Source: Eubacteriales bacterium (GTDB lineage: Bacteria; Bacillota; Clostridia; Oscillospirales; QAKW01). Taken from it: 29,585 bases of DNA. This document shows positions 18,736 to 28,067 of this stretch, piece by piece. Where the stretch lies: NCBI GenBank assembly GCA_045604775.1, contig JAZUOQ010000147.1, forward strand, positions 1 through 29,585, in the 5' to 3' direction. Each line of letters starts with the position of its first letter. Position 1 is the stretch's first letter. The position numbers and the translations under genes were made by a program. Under the pieces are notes generated by a model, which saw nothing but the letters and a program-made list of their open reading frames with translations, was not told the DNA's origin and did not search any database.

Positions 18736-18751
18736 GCTTTAAGGAATGTTT

Positions 18752-19132
18752 ATGAAAGATTTAAAAATTTCACTTCTACTTGATTTTTACAGAGGAATAC
18801 TTACAGATAAGCAGATTGATGCACTTGAACTGTATTATAACGAAGATTTATCATTGGCCGAGATCGCACAACATACTAAAATTACAAGACAAGGTGTGCG
18901 CGATTCAATCAAGCGTGGAGAAGCAATACTTTTGGACACAGAGCAGAAACTTGGCTTCTATGAAAAGTATCATAACCTTGATGAAAAAGTTAATACCGTT
19001 TTAAATTTAGTCGACAATATTAAAGATTTAAATACACGTCACTGCTACTCAAAGGATATATCAGAGTTTTGCGAAGACATACATAAAGTACTGGCGTGTT
19101 ATATTGATAACGAAACAGAATCACAGGAGTAA
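18752..19132 (+). CDS. ylxM: YlxM/p13 family putative DNA-binding protein (UPF0122)
   Basis: LLLDFYRGILTDKQ...YNEDLSLAEIA...ITRQGVRDSIKR HTH pattern, upstream of ffh; AAGGA spacing favours ATG 18752. Confidence 0.93.
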   Translation: MKDLKISLLLDFYRGILTDKQIDALELYYNEDLSLAEIAQHTKITRQGVRDSIKRGEAILLDTEQKLGFYEKYHNLDEKVNTVLNLVDNIKDLNTRHCYSKDISEFCEDIHKVLACYIDNETESQE

Positions 19133-19135
19133 GAT

Positions 19136-20464
19136 ATGGCATTTGAAGGACTTGCAGATAAGTTATCGCAGGCTTTTAAAAATTTAAAGAAAAAAGGCAG
19201 ACTATCTGAAAGCGATGTAAAGATAGCAATGCGTGAAATTAAGCTTGCACTTTTAGAAGCTGATGTAAGTTATAAGGTTGTCAAAGAATTTGTCAACAAT
19301 GTTTCTGCCAGATGTGTCGGCAATGATGTACTAGAGAGTCTTACACCGTCACAACAAGTAATTAAAATAGTAAATGAAGAACTCACCTCTCTTATGGGGT
19401 CTGAAGTTTCCAAAATTAAAATTTCATCAGCGCCGCCTACTGTTGTTATGATGGTAGGTCTTCAAGGCACTGGTAAAACAACCCACTGCGGCAAACTTGC
19501 AGCACATTTTAAAAAGCAAAACAAACGCCCACTTCTTGTCGCCTGTGACGTGTACAGACCTGCAGCTATAAGTCAATTATGTATTGTCGGCGAATCGGTC
19601 GATGTACCGGTTTTTAAAATTGACGGTGAAAAAAATCCTGTTAAAATTGCAAAAGCAGGTATTGAACATGCAAAAAAATTCGGCAACGATATTGTTTTTA
19701 TTGATACTGCAGGACGACTTCATATTGATGACATACTTATGAACGAGCTTTGCGAAATTAAAAATGAAGTTTTACCAACTGAAATTTTACTGGTTGTTGA
19801 CTCAATGACAGGTCAAGATGCAGTAAATGTAGCCGAAAAATTTAATGATCTTTTAAATATTGACGGTGTTGTTTTAACTAAGTTAGATGGCGACACCAGG
19901 GGCGGTGCCGCACTTTCAGTTAAACATATTACAGGAAAACCCATTAAATTTGCAGGTATCGGTGAGAAAATGGACGATATTGAACCATTTTATCCCGATA
20001 GAATGGCATCACGAATTTTAGGTATGGGTGATGTGCTTACACTTATTGATAAAGCACAAGCAGCGTTTGATGAAAAGCAAGCGGCCCAACTTGAAAAAAA
20101 GATGCGTGAAAACAACTTTACTCTATCAGATTTTCTTAACCAAATGAAACAAATAAAACAAATGGGACCTATTGAAAATCTAATAGGAATGATTCCTGGT
20201 GCAAATAATGCTTTAAAAGGTGCAACTGTTGATGAAAAACAAATGGCAAGAACAGAAGCAATAATACTTTCTATGACGCTTGAGGAACGTGAAAAACCAT
20301 CGGTTATAAATGCTTCAAGAAGAAAAAGAATTGCTGCGGGAAGCGGCACCTCGGTAGAAGAAGTAAACAGACTGTTAAGACAGTTTGAACAAATGAACAA
20401 ATTATTTAAACAGTTCAATTCCAAAAAGAAAAATAAAAATTTTCTTCGCGGATTTGGTCTATAA
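19136..20464 (+). CDS. ffh: Signal recognition particle protein
   Basis: GLQGTGKTT, DTAGR, TKLDGD, M-domain SRRKRIAAGSG. Confidence 0.98.
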   Translation: MAFEGLADKLSQAFKNLKKKGRLSESDVKIAMREIKLALLEADVSYKVVKEFVNNVSARCVGNDVLESLTPSQQVIKIVNEELTSLMGSEVSKIKISSAPPTVVMMVGLQGTGKTTHCGKLAAHFKKQNKRPLLVACDVYRPAAISQLCIVGESVDVPVFKIDGEKNPVKIAKAGIEHAKKFGNDIVFIDTAGRLHIDDILMNELCEIKNEVLPTEILLVVDSMTGQDAVNVAEKFNDLLNIDGVVLTKLDGDTRGGAALSVKHITGKPIKFAGIGEKMDDIEPFYPDRMASRILGMGDVLTLIDKAQAAFDEKQAAQLEKKMRENNFTLSDFLNQMKQIKQMGPIENLIGMIPGANNALKGATVDEKQMARTEAIILSMTLEEREKPSVINASRRKRIAAGSGTSVEEVNRLLRQFEQMNKLFKQFNSKKKNKNFLRGFGL

Positions 20465-20488
20465 ACATTAGGAAAGGAGAAATAAATA

Positions 20489-20731
20489 ATGGCAGTAAAA
20501 ATCAGACTAAGAAGACTTGGTGCTAAGAAGGCTCCGACATACAGAATTGTTGTTGCTGATTCAAGATACCCCCGTGATGGTAGATTTATCGAAGAAATCG
20601 GTACTTACAATCCGTGCACAGAACCCTCTACTGTAACCGTTGATGCTGAAAAAGCTAAGAATTGGATCAAAAACGGCGCTCAGCCCACAGATACCGTTAA
20701 GGCTTTGCTTAAAAAGCAAGGTGTTCTTTAA
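20489..20731 (+). CDS. rpsP: 30S ribosomal protein S16
   Basis: [35 protein letters not shown]. Confidence 0.98.
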   Translation: MAVKIRLRRLGAKKAPTYRIVVADSRYPRDGRFIEEIGTYNPCTEPSTVTVDAEKAKNWIKNGAQPTDTVKALLKKQGVL

Positions 20732-20775
20732 TTTCAAAACACTAAATAATATGTACACAGAAACGGATTGAAATT

Positions 20776-21003
20776 ATGAAAGAACTTATTACCTACCTTG
20801 CAAAGTCACTGGTTGACGATCCTGATGCAGTAACAGTCGAAGAACACGAATCTGAGGATTCCGTTGTTATCACATTAAGTGTTGCACCGGATGACATGGG
20901 AAGAGTAATCGGCAGAAATGGTAAAATTGCAAAGTCAATTAGAGCTATTGTTAAATCTGCATCATACAAATTACCAAAAAAAGTTGTTGTTGAAATCAAA
21001 TAA
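20776..21003 (+). CDS. khpA: KH-domain RNA-binding protein KhpA (YlqC)
   Basis: DDMGRVIGRNG GxxG loop, located between rpsP and rimM. Confidence 0.93.
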   Translation: MKELITYLAKSLVDDPDAVTVEEHESEDSVVITLSVAPDDMGRVIGRNGKIAKSIRAIVKSASYKLPKKVVVEIK

Positions 21004-21017
21004 TTACTTTTTTGCGG

Positions 21018-21047
21018 GGAAGGTTTTTGGACCTTCCTTTATTTTTT
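21018..21047 (+). terminator. Internal terminator-like hairpin between khpA and rimM
   Basis: GGAAGGT-ttttgg-ACCTTCC followed by TTTATTTTTT. Confidence 0.55.
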
Positions 21048-21059
21048 ATAGAGGTACTT

Positions 21060-21557
21060 ATGAAAAACAAATTGTTACAAGCGGGCAAAATCGTAAACAC
21101 TCACTCACTGCGAGGTGAAGTACGCGTATACCCATACTGTGATAGTGCAGAATTTATATGTGAGTTTGATCGGCTATTTATAAACAATACTGAGATAGAG
21201 GTTGTTAATGCGAGAGTTCATAAAGGTCAAGCTCTGATAAAATTCAAAGGTATAAATGATATTAATCAAGCTGAAAAACTGATAGGACAAATGATTTATT
21301 TTAATAGAGATGATATTGAACTTGATGAAGGACAATATTTCATTGAAGACATTAAAGGTATGGAAGTATACGACATAGACACCGATGAGTATTACGGCAA
21401 AGTAGTAAATATCATTGAAACAGGAGCTAATGATGTATTCGAATTAAAGTTAAATGATAAAACTTTGCTTGTTCCCAAAATTGATGATGTTATTAAAGAA
21501 ATAAATATTGACACCGGAAAAATACTAATAAAGCCGTTAAAGGGGTTATTCGAATGA
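21060..21557 (+). CDS. rimM: Ribosome maturation factor RimM
   Basis: GKIVNTHSLRGEVRV, GQYFIEDIKG, ETGANDV, LLVP; SD GAGG before ATG 21060. Confidence 0.93.
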   Translation: MKNKLLQAGKIVNTHSLRGEVRVYPYCDSAEFICEFDRLFINNTEIEVVNARVHKGQALIKFKGINDINQAEKLIGQMIYFNRDDIELDEGQYFIEDIKGMEVYDIDTDEYYGKVVNIIETGANDVFELKLNDKTLLVPKIDDVIKEINIDTGKILIKPLKGLFE

Positions 21558-22246
21558 TTTTTGATGTAATGACACTATTCCCGACCCTTATACAATCGGT
21601 CTGTAATGAAAGCATAATAGGACGCGCAATGCAGAAAGGTCTAATATCATTAAATGCGGTTGACATACGTAATTATGCAAACAATAAACACAACAGTGTC
21701 GACGACTATCCATACGGTGGCGGTTGCGGAATGGTTATGCAGTGCCAACCAATATATGATTGTTATTTAGATCTTATTAAAAATTGTAAAAATAAGCCGC
21801 ATACTGTTTATATGTCACCTAAAGGTAAAGTACTTACACAAAAAAAAGCTCTTGAACTTTCAAAACTTGACAGATTGGTAATACTGTGCGGTCATTACGA
21901 AGGCGTTGACCAAAGAGTGCTGGATGAAATAATCGATGAAGAAATATCTATTGGAGATTATGTATTAACAGGTGGTGAATTGCCTGCTTGTGTACTTATA
22001 GACAGCATAAGCAGAATGATTTCCGGCGTGCTTTCAGAATCAGCAGGTTTTGAAAATGAAAGCCATTTTTCAGGCCTTCTTGAACACCCACAATATACAC
22101 GCCCTGAACAATGGCACGAGAAGCGTGTACCGGAGGTACTTTTATCAGGCCATCATGCAAACATCGAAAAATGGAAACTAGAACAAAGTATTGCAATTAC
22201 AAAAAAATACCGTCCCGATTTGCTAAAAAACTCCGAAGAAAATTAA
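21554..22246 (+). CDS. trmD: tRNA (guanine37-N1)-methyltransferase
   Basis: DDYPYGGGCGMVM, CGHYEGVDQR, SIGDYVLTGGE, VPEVLLSGHH. Confidence 0.98.
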   Translation: MIFDVMTLFPTLIQSVCNESIIGRAMQKGLISLNAVDIRNYANNKHNSVDDYPYGGGCGMVMQCQPIYDCYLDLIKNCKNKPHTVYMSPKGKVLTQKKALELSKLDRLVILCGHYEGVDQRVLDEIIDEEISIGDYVLTGGELPACVLIDSISRMISGVLSESAGFENESHFSGLLEHPQYTRPEQWHEKRVPEVLLSGHHANIEKWKLEQSIAITKKYRPDLLKNSEEN

Positions 22247-22263
22247 TTTCTTCGGAGTTTTTT
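22225..22263. terminator. Bidirectional terminator overlapping the trmD stop and abutting the DUF1624 stop
   Basis: AAAAAACTCCGAAGAAA-attaa-TTTCTTCGGAGTTTTTT. Confidence 0.9.
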
Positions 22264-22985
22264 TAAATCGTTATAATATTAAACAATAAAAATACCACAG
22301 GTTGATGAAGTATATAAATCCACAGTGAATACCTGCCTACACATTCAAGAGGTTTACATCGTAAATCATAAAACCAATCAGGAAATCTACCATTTTTGAT
22401 ATATTTACCAATATAGGTTCCGGAAATAAACAGGAAAAAGTATGGTAAAAGCGGATAATAATCACCATACGACACAACATTATTTGGTAAAACACCAAAT
22501 ATCATAAGTAAATAAGAATTGCTTGTTGGCTCAGTAATATAAAACAAATAATATGCAATAAAAAGTAAAGCGAATAATATCACACCTAACATTGTATGAA
22601 TTTTATCAAACATCTTTTTAAAAAGAGCATAAAGAATCATAGATAGGCCGAACATATGAAGTATGCCAAAATAGATATTAAGACCATGCATATCAAAAGC
22701 AGGCAGCACAACACAAGTGACAAATGAAACTAACAGAGCTGCCATAAAAACTATACTACCACGCTTTAAGGTATTTCTGCTGTAATTGGTACAAATACCC
22801 GAAACAAGTAAAAATACACTGACAAAAATCAACTGCAAGGTATAAAACAAATCAGTATATAGAAATTCAACACGCTGTGAGAAAAATATTTCATAGGATA
22901 CAAGACTATGATGAATCACCATACCTATAACTGCAATACCGCGCAGTAAATCAAGGATGTATATTCTGTTATTACTATGTTGCAT
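22263..22985 (-). CDS. DUF1624 / heparan-alpha-glucosaminide N-acetyltransferase-domain membrane protein
   Basis: RIYILDLLRGIAVIGMV, FLLVSG, IYFGILH, DYYPLLPY, GRYSLWIYILHQP; many TM segments; TAATG coupling to the upstream gene. Confidence 0.85.
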   Translation of the reverse strand: MQHSNNRIYILDLLRGIAVIGMVIHHSLVSYEIFFSQRVEFLYTDLFYTLQLIFVSVFLLVSGICTNYSRNTLKRGSIVFMAALLVSFVTCVVLPAFDMHGLNIYFGILHMFGLSMILYALFKKMFDKIHTMLGVILFALLFIAYYLFYITEPTSNSYLLMIFGVLPNNVVSYGDYYPLLPYFFLFISGTYIGKYIKNGRFPDWFYDLRCKPLECVGRYSLWIYILHQPVVFLLFNIITI

Positions 22986-23437
22986 TACTTTTCAGACTTT
23001 TTAAGGTTCTTTCTTGTCTCAGAAACGCTATCAAAACCTTTTTTAAGAGTTTCCTCTGCCCTTTTAAGAACATTATCGCAGTACTCAACAGATGCAGCAC
23101 GAAGTTCTTTAGCTGCGCTCTGTGCATTAGCAACTATCTCATTCGCCTTTATTTGTGCAGATTTATAAATTTCCTCTTGAGAAACCAAATGCTTTGCTTG
23201 CATTTGAGCAGCAGTTATAATGCTGTCAGAATCAATTTTAGCACGCGCAATAATATCATCGCGCTCTTTAATTATTCTTTTAGAACGTTTCATTTCCTCA
23301 GGAAGATTTAAACGCATTTCCTTTACAAACTCAAGTATCTGTGAACTATCAACCACAGTACGTCCGCCTGACATTGGAAGCGTCCAAGAGTTCTCCACTA
23401 AATCTTCTAGCGCATTGAGTATTTCTTCAAAATCCAT
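22985..23437 (-). CDS. Coiled-coil hypothetical protein, SepIVA/DivIVA-like (often mislabelled ATPase subunit)
   Basis: LEDLVENSWTLPMSGGRTVVD...LPEEM, Ala/Glu/Lys-rich helical repeats, directly downstream of coaD. Confidence 0.7.
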   Translation of the reverse strand: MDFEEILNALEDLVENSWTLPMSGGRTVVDSSQILEFVKEMRLNLPEEMKRSKRIIKERDDIIARAKIDSDSIITAAQMQAKHLVSQEEIYKSAQIKANEIVANAQSAAKELRAASVEYCDNVLKRAEETLKKGFDSVSETRKNLKKSEK

Positions 23438-23442
23438 TTTAA

Positions 23443-23937
23443 TTAATCCTTTCTTAATTTAAGTCTGTTTTCTATATCTTGAAGTACCAGTGCGGGCACA
23501 AAATCAGTTATATCTCCATCGTTGCGCGCAATTTCCTTCACAATACTTGACGATAGATACATATATTTTGAATTAGTAGTCAAAAATATCGTTTCAAGTT
23601 CTTTATTAATTTTTTTATTTGTAAGTGCCATTTGAAATTCATATTCAAAATCAGTAACAGCTCGTAAACCTCTGACAATAGCAATTGCACCAATTTCTTT
23701 AGCATATTCTGCAAGTAATCCCTCAAAAGTACAAACAACTATATTTTGAATATCCGCAGTACACTTTCGTATCATATCCATACGTTCTTCTGTTGTAAAA
23801 CTTGTTGTTTTCTTTGCCGAATTATTAGCCACCGCAATATACAACGTGTCAAACATTTTAGAAGATCGTTTAATAATATCCATATGACCTTTTGTAATCG
23901 GGTCAAAAGATCCCGGACAAATTGCAATTTTTTCCAT
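23443..23937 (-). CDS. coaD: Phosphopantetheine adenylyltransferase
   Basis: PGSFDPITKGH, IVRGLRAVTDFEYE, LSSSIVKE. Confidence 0.97.
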   Translation of the reverse strand: MEKIAICPGSFDPITKGHMDIIKRSSKMFDTLYIAVANNSAKKTTSFTTEERMDMIRKCTADIQNIVVCTFEGLLAEYAKEIGAIAIVRGLRAVTDFEYEFQMALTNKKINKELETIFLTTNSKYMYLSSSIVKEIARNDGDITDFVPALVLQDIENRLKLRKD

Positions 23938-23938
23938 T

Positions 23939-24490
23939 CTATTTCTCTTTCATTTCAAGTATAGTTATTTTAATATCAGAGTATTGATACTCTTTCCTAA
24001 GTAAATATCCACTTATATCTATTTCCTCATCAGAAGCACTTTCACATATTATTATAGCATTGCTATCAAGTGTATCTGTCTGCAAAAAAAGCTTTAATGT
24101 ATCATTTATCATACCTTTGTAATAAGGCGGATCAAGAAATACAAGGGATGGCATAAAATTATTATTTTTTATTATTTTAACACACTCAGTATATGATTTG
24201 CAAGTAAGTTTAGATATTTGTGTAAAACTACATAACGAAATATTTTTTTCAATAATATGACACGCTTCCCGAGAACTATCATTAAACCAGCATCTTTTTG
24301 CACCTCTCGACAGTGCTTCAAGTCCTAATTGACCACTGCCCGAAAATAAATCAAGTACTTCCCTGTCTGCAATTTCAAACTGAATCGCATTAAAAAACGC
24401 TTGTTTAACGCGCTCAAGTGTGGGTCGTGTATTTTCACCTGAAAGTGTTAAAAGCTTTTTTCCACGTCGTATACCGGACACAATTCTCAT
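23939..24490 (-). CDS. rsmD: 16S rRNA m2G966 methyltransferase
   Basis: MRIVSG...TRPT, LDLFSGSGQLGLEALSRGA, FLDPPY; TGATG overlap with the uvrC stop. Confidence 0.95.
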   Translation of the reverse strand: MRIVSGIRRGKKLLTLSGENTRPTLERVKQAFFNAIQFEIADREVLDLFSGSGQLGLEALSRGAKRCWFNDSSREACHIIEKNISLCSFTQISKLTCKSYTECVKIIKNNNFMPSLVFLDPPYYKGMINDTLKLFLQTDTLDSNAIIICESASDEEIDISGYLLRKEYQYSDIKITILEMKEK

Positions 24491-26298
24491 CAAATCATTT
24501 CACCATCCAAATATTTTTTCACGCGCAAAGCAAGAGTATGAGATATCCCAGGTATCTTTTCGAGTTCTTCTATATCGCAATTTCTTACTGCATCAATTGT
24601 ACCGAATTTACTCATTATATCATTATATTTGCCTTTTCCTATTCCCTCTACTGACATAAGTCCCGATTTAAGCATTGTTTTGCCTTTTCTATCATGCATA
24701 TGTTTTATAGCAAACCGATGTACTTCATCTTGAAGTTCAGTAAAGAACTTAAAAACTGACGGATTAGTACGTATATCAACTTCACCGTGAACACTTATAA
24801 TACCTCTTGTCTTATGCGATTTATCCTTAACAAGACCAAAAACTTCAATACCTCGTGACGATATAAGTTCATACACGCTGTTTAGATGACCAAGACCGCC
24901 GTCAATAAAAATGACATCAGGCTTTGCACCAAAATCAGTATCTCTATCATCTAAATGCTTTAGCCTGCGCTTTATCATCTCATACGTGTACTTATAGTCA
25001 TTTTGTTGATAAACTTCATCAAAATTAAATTTACGGTAATCACTGCGTCTGAATCTTCCTTCTTGATAAACTATCATACCACCAACTGTACTGTCGGTGC
25101 CGAAGTTAGAAATATCATACATCTCAATTCTAGAAGGCATATCGTTTAATCCCAACATTTGTGAGATCTGGCCCATCAGTTTATTAACTTTAATTCCATT
25201 TGATTTCTTTTCTGCAAGCTTTTCAAGTGCATTCTTTTTACACATTTCTATAAGACGTACATTCTCGCCCCTTTTAGCCTCGAATATTTTGACATTATTT
25301 CCTCTTTGCTTTGACAACCATTCACAAATAAGATCATTAGAGCGAGGTAATTCGATAACGCATATTTCTTTAGGTATGATATCACTTTTTTGATAATACT
25401 GTTCAATAAAGGAACCTGTTAAATCATCTGTTACACCATTTAGGAAAACAGTATCCTGAAATAAAAGTTTGCCACGTCTTATATGCATAACCGAAAAACA
25501 GACATCTTCTTCAAGAGTGGAGTATGCAATTATATCTCTATTAATATCAGGGGAAAGCACTATAACTTGCTTTGCTTCAAGACGTTCAATACTTCGGATT
25601 TTATCACGATATTTTGAAGCTTTTTCAAATTCAAGGTTCATTGAATAATACGACATCATTTCTTTGAACTGTGCAATGTATTTTTTATAATCACCCGTAA
25701 GAAAACTGATTGCCCTCTCAATTCTCTTTTTATACTCTTCAGAGGAAACAGTACCCAAACAAATACCTGAGCATTTGCCGATATGATAATTTAGACACGG
25801 TCTTGCCTTTTTGAATTCTTTTGGAAAAACGTGCTTACAAGTATAGAGTTCAAAAACACTGTTAAGCGTACTTATTATTTCACATACCACTTTTGTCGAC
25901 TGAAATGGGCCAAAATATCTGTAGTCATTACTCGTTCTGCGTCTTGCAATATCAAAATGCGGATAAGCTGAATTTTTATCAACAACTATATATGGGTAAT
26001 TTTTATCATCTTTAAGAAGAATGTTATACTTCGGCTGATGCTGTTTGATCAAATTATTTTCAAGTATAAGCGATTCGATTTCAGATTCAGTTACAATATA
26101 CTCAAAATCTTCAATATTCGAAATCATTTTTAACACTTTTAGTGAGTGTTGCGAATTGTTTACAAAATACTGGCTGACTCGATTCTTAAGATTCTTAGCT
26201 TTGCCAACATAAATTATAACACCAGCTGAATTTTTCATTAAATAAACTCCGGGACTTGAAGTAAGTACCGTAAGCTTATCTTGTATTTTTTTATTCAT
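24490..26298 (-). CDS. uvrC: Excinuclease ABC subunit C
   Basis: GIY-YIG (PGVYLM...IYVGKAKNL), PCLNYHIGKC, UVR domain (LEFEKASKYRD), RIEMYDIS, PDVIFIDGG, C-terminal HhH. Confidence 0.97.
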   Translation of the reverse strand: MNKKIQDKLTVLTSSPGVYLMKNSAGVIIYVGKAKNLKNRVSQYFVNNSQHSLKVLKMISNIEDFEYIVTESEIESLILENNLIKQHQPKYNILLKDDKNYPYIVVDKNSAYPHFDIARRRTSNDYRYFGPFQSTKVVCEIISTLNSVFELYTCKHVFPKEFKKARPCLNYHIGKCSGICLGTVSSEEYKKRIERAISFLTGDYKKYIAQFKEMMSYYSMNLEFEKASKYRDKIRSIERLEAKQVIVLSPDINRDIIAYSTLEEDVCFSVMHIRRGKLLFQDTVFLNGVTDDLTGSFIEQYYQKSDIIPKEICVIELPRSNDLICEWLSKQRGNNVKIFEAKRGENVRLIEMCKKNALEKLAEKKSNGIKVNKLMGQISQMLGLNDMPSRIEMYDISNFGTDSTVGGMIVYQEGRFRRSDYRKFNFDEVYQQNDYKYTYEMIKRRLKHLDDRDTDFGAKPDVIFIDGGLGHLNSVYELISSRGIEVFGLVKDKSHKTRGIISVHGEVDIRTNPSVFKFFTELQDEVHRFAIKHMHDRKGKTMLKSGLMSVEGIGKGKYNDIMSKFGTIDAVRNCDIEELEKIPGISHTLALRVKKYLDGEMI

Positions 26299-26320
26299 CT
26301 ATATCTCCGAATGTATGTTA

Positions 26321-27076
26321 CTATTTGTAGAATGACTTTTCAGTACCGTTTTCTAAATAATCTATTCTCCGAACATTAAATAAATCTTCTAGTATACCAC
26401 TTTGTATACACTCTGAAGAGGTACCAAAAAACACCTTTTTACCATTATCAATTATTAAAATATCATCTGCATATTCAACTGCATCTGTAATATCATGTAA
26501 TACAACAATAATTGTTTTGCCAAACTCGGATTTAAGCCGCATTAGCAACGACATAAATGCCGATGAGTACTGAGCATCCATGAATGATGTAGGCTCATCA
26601 AGTATTATCAGATCAGTATCTTGCGCCAAAATCATCGCAATATATGCTTTTTGTCGTTCTCCACCCGATAATCTATCTACATAACTTTGCGATAATTCGC
26701 TTATCCCCAAATCAGACATAGCTCTATCAACTTTTGATTTATCATTATCGCTTAAACGTTTACTAATTCCGATATATGGATTTCTTCCAAGTGTGACAAG
26801 TTCTTTTACAGTAAAAGATGTATCATTAAGTTTTTGAGGCAAAACCGACATAACTTTTGCACGATTATTATCAGTCATATGAGATATATCTTTGCCGTTT
26901 AAAAAAACATCACCGCTATATTTAATCTGATTTGACACAGCACAAATAAGTGATGATTTTCCACTTCCGTTTTTACCTATAACTGCGGTTAATGTACCCT
27001 TCTTAATTTCGAATGAAACATTATTTAAAACCTTTCTATTATGATATGATACTGATAGGTTATTAACTGACAGCAT
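26321..27076 (-). CDS. ABC transporter ATP-binding protein, iron-siderophore/heme/B12 (FepC/BtuD) class
   Basis: GKNGSGKS, LSGGERQ, ILDEPT, VLHD; SD AAGGAG before ATG 27076. Confidence 0.92.
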   Translation of the reverse strand: MLSVNNLSVSYHNRKVLNNVSFEIKKGTLTAVIGKNGSGKSSLICAVSNQIKYSGDVFLNGKDISHMTDNNRAKVMSVLPQKLNDTSFTVKELVTLGRNPYIGISKRLSDNDKSKVDRAMSDLGISELSQSYVDRLSGGERQKAYIAMILAQDTDLIILDEPTSFMDAQYSSAFMSLLMRLKSEFGKTIIVVLHDITDAVEYADDILIIDNGKKVFFGTSSECIQSGILEDLFNVRRIDYLENGTEKSFYK

Positions 27077-28067
27077 AATTTCTCCTTTTAAAAAGCAACC
27101 AAAAAAAGAAAGGTGCACCTGTTAATGCCATTATTATGCCAACCGGTAATTCGGTAGGTGCAAACAAAAATCTACCAAGCATATCAGCAACCACTACAAT
27201 TATCGCACCAATAATAGCAGAAACTATAATAGACATACGCATAGAACGACCAACAAGTTGCTTTGCAATATGAGGTACAATCAACCCAACAAAACCCAGC
27301 AGACCTGCAAAACTTACAACAGCAGCTGCAAGCGCACTTGCTAAAATTAAACAAATCATCCTAAAACCAACAACATTGATTCCCAGTGAATAAGCAAGAG
27401 AGTCACCAAGGCACAACACATCTATCTGACGAGAAAACAAAACGCTTATAGTCAAGCACAAAAAAATTATAATTGCAGGTACAAAAAGAGAGTTAAGTTG
27501 AACTCCAGATAAGCCTCCAATGGAAAAATAATTATACGATGTAAGAATATCAGGTTCTATTAACGATATAAATGATATACCTGCATTTAAAATTGAAGTC
27601 AAAGCAATACCTACAAGTATTACAGTTGATTTTAATTTATTAACTTTTGATGATATAAGTACTATTAAAAGTGTAGTTAAAAACGCGCCCACAAATGCTA
27701 CAAACGGCATAATAACAGCACTTATATTAAAGAAGCACATTGAAAATATAACCGCAAACCCAGCACCTGCATTGATACCTATTATATTCGGTCCGGCAAG
27801 ATCATTACCGGTCACACCCTGAAGAAGTACGCCGGAGACTGAAAGACCCACCCCTGCCAGTACAGCGCCCACAACACGCGGCAAGCGTATATTATAAATT
27901 ATCACTGATTCAGCATTATACCCTTCAGACATAATAAGAGCATTAAGAAAACTATTTAAATCAATTTTTACACTACCAAGCAATAATGAAAAAATCACTG
28001 AAATAACAAGAATTGCCAGAAGCAATACAATTCCATATACACTTTTAATAGTAAAGTTTTTATTCAT
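27063..28067 (-). CDS. FecCD/BtuC family ABC permease
   Basis: IRLPRVVGAVLAGVGLSVSG, NDLAGPNIIGINAGA, GLLGFVGLIVPH, ELPVGII...GAPFF. Confidence 0.93.
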   Translation of the reverse strand: MNKNFTIKSVYGIVLLLAILVISVIFSLLLGSVKIDLNSFLNALIMSEGYNAESVIIYNIRLPRVVGAVLAGVGLSVSGVLLQGVTGNDLAGPNIIGINAGAGFAVIFSMCFFNISAVIMPFVAFVGAFLTTLLIVLISSKVNKLKSTVILVGIALTSILNAGISFISLIEPDILTSYNYFSIGGLSGVQLNSLFVPAIIIFLCLTISVLFSRQIDVLCLGDSLAYSLGINVVGFRMICLILASALAAAVVSFAGLLGFVGLIVPHIAKQLVGRSMRMSIIVSAIIGAIIVVVADMLGRFLFAPTELPVGIIMALTGAPFFFWLLFKRRNYAVS

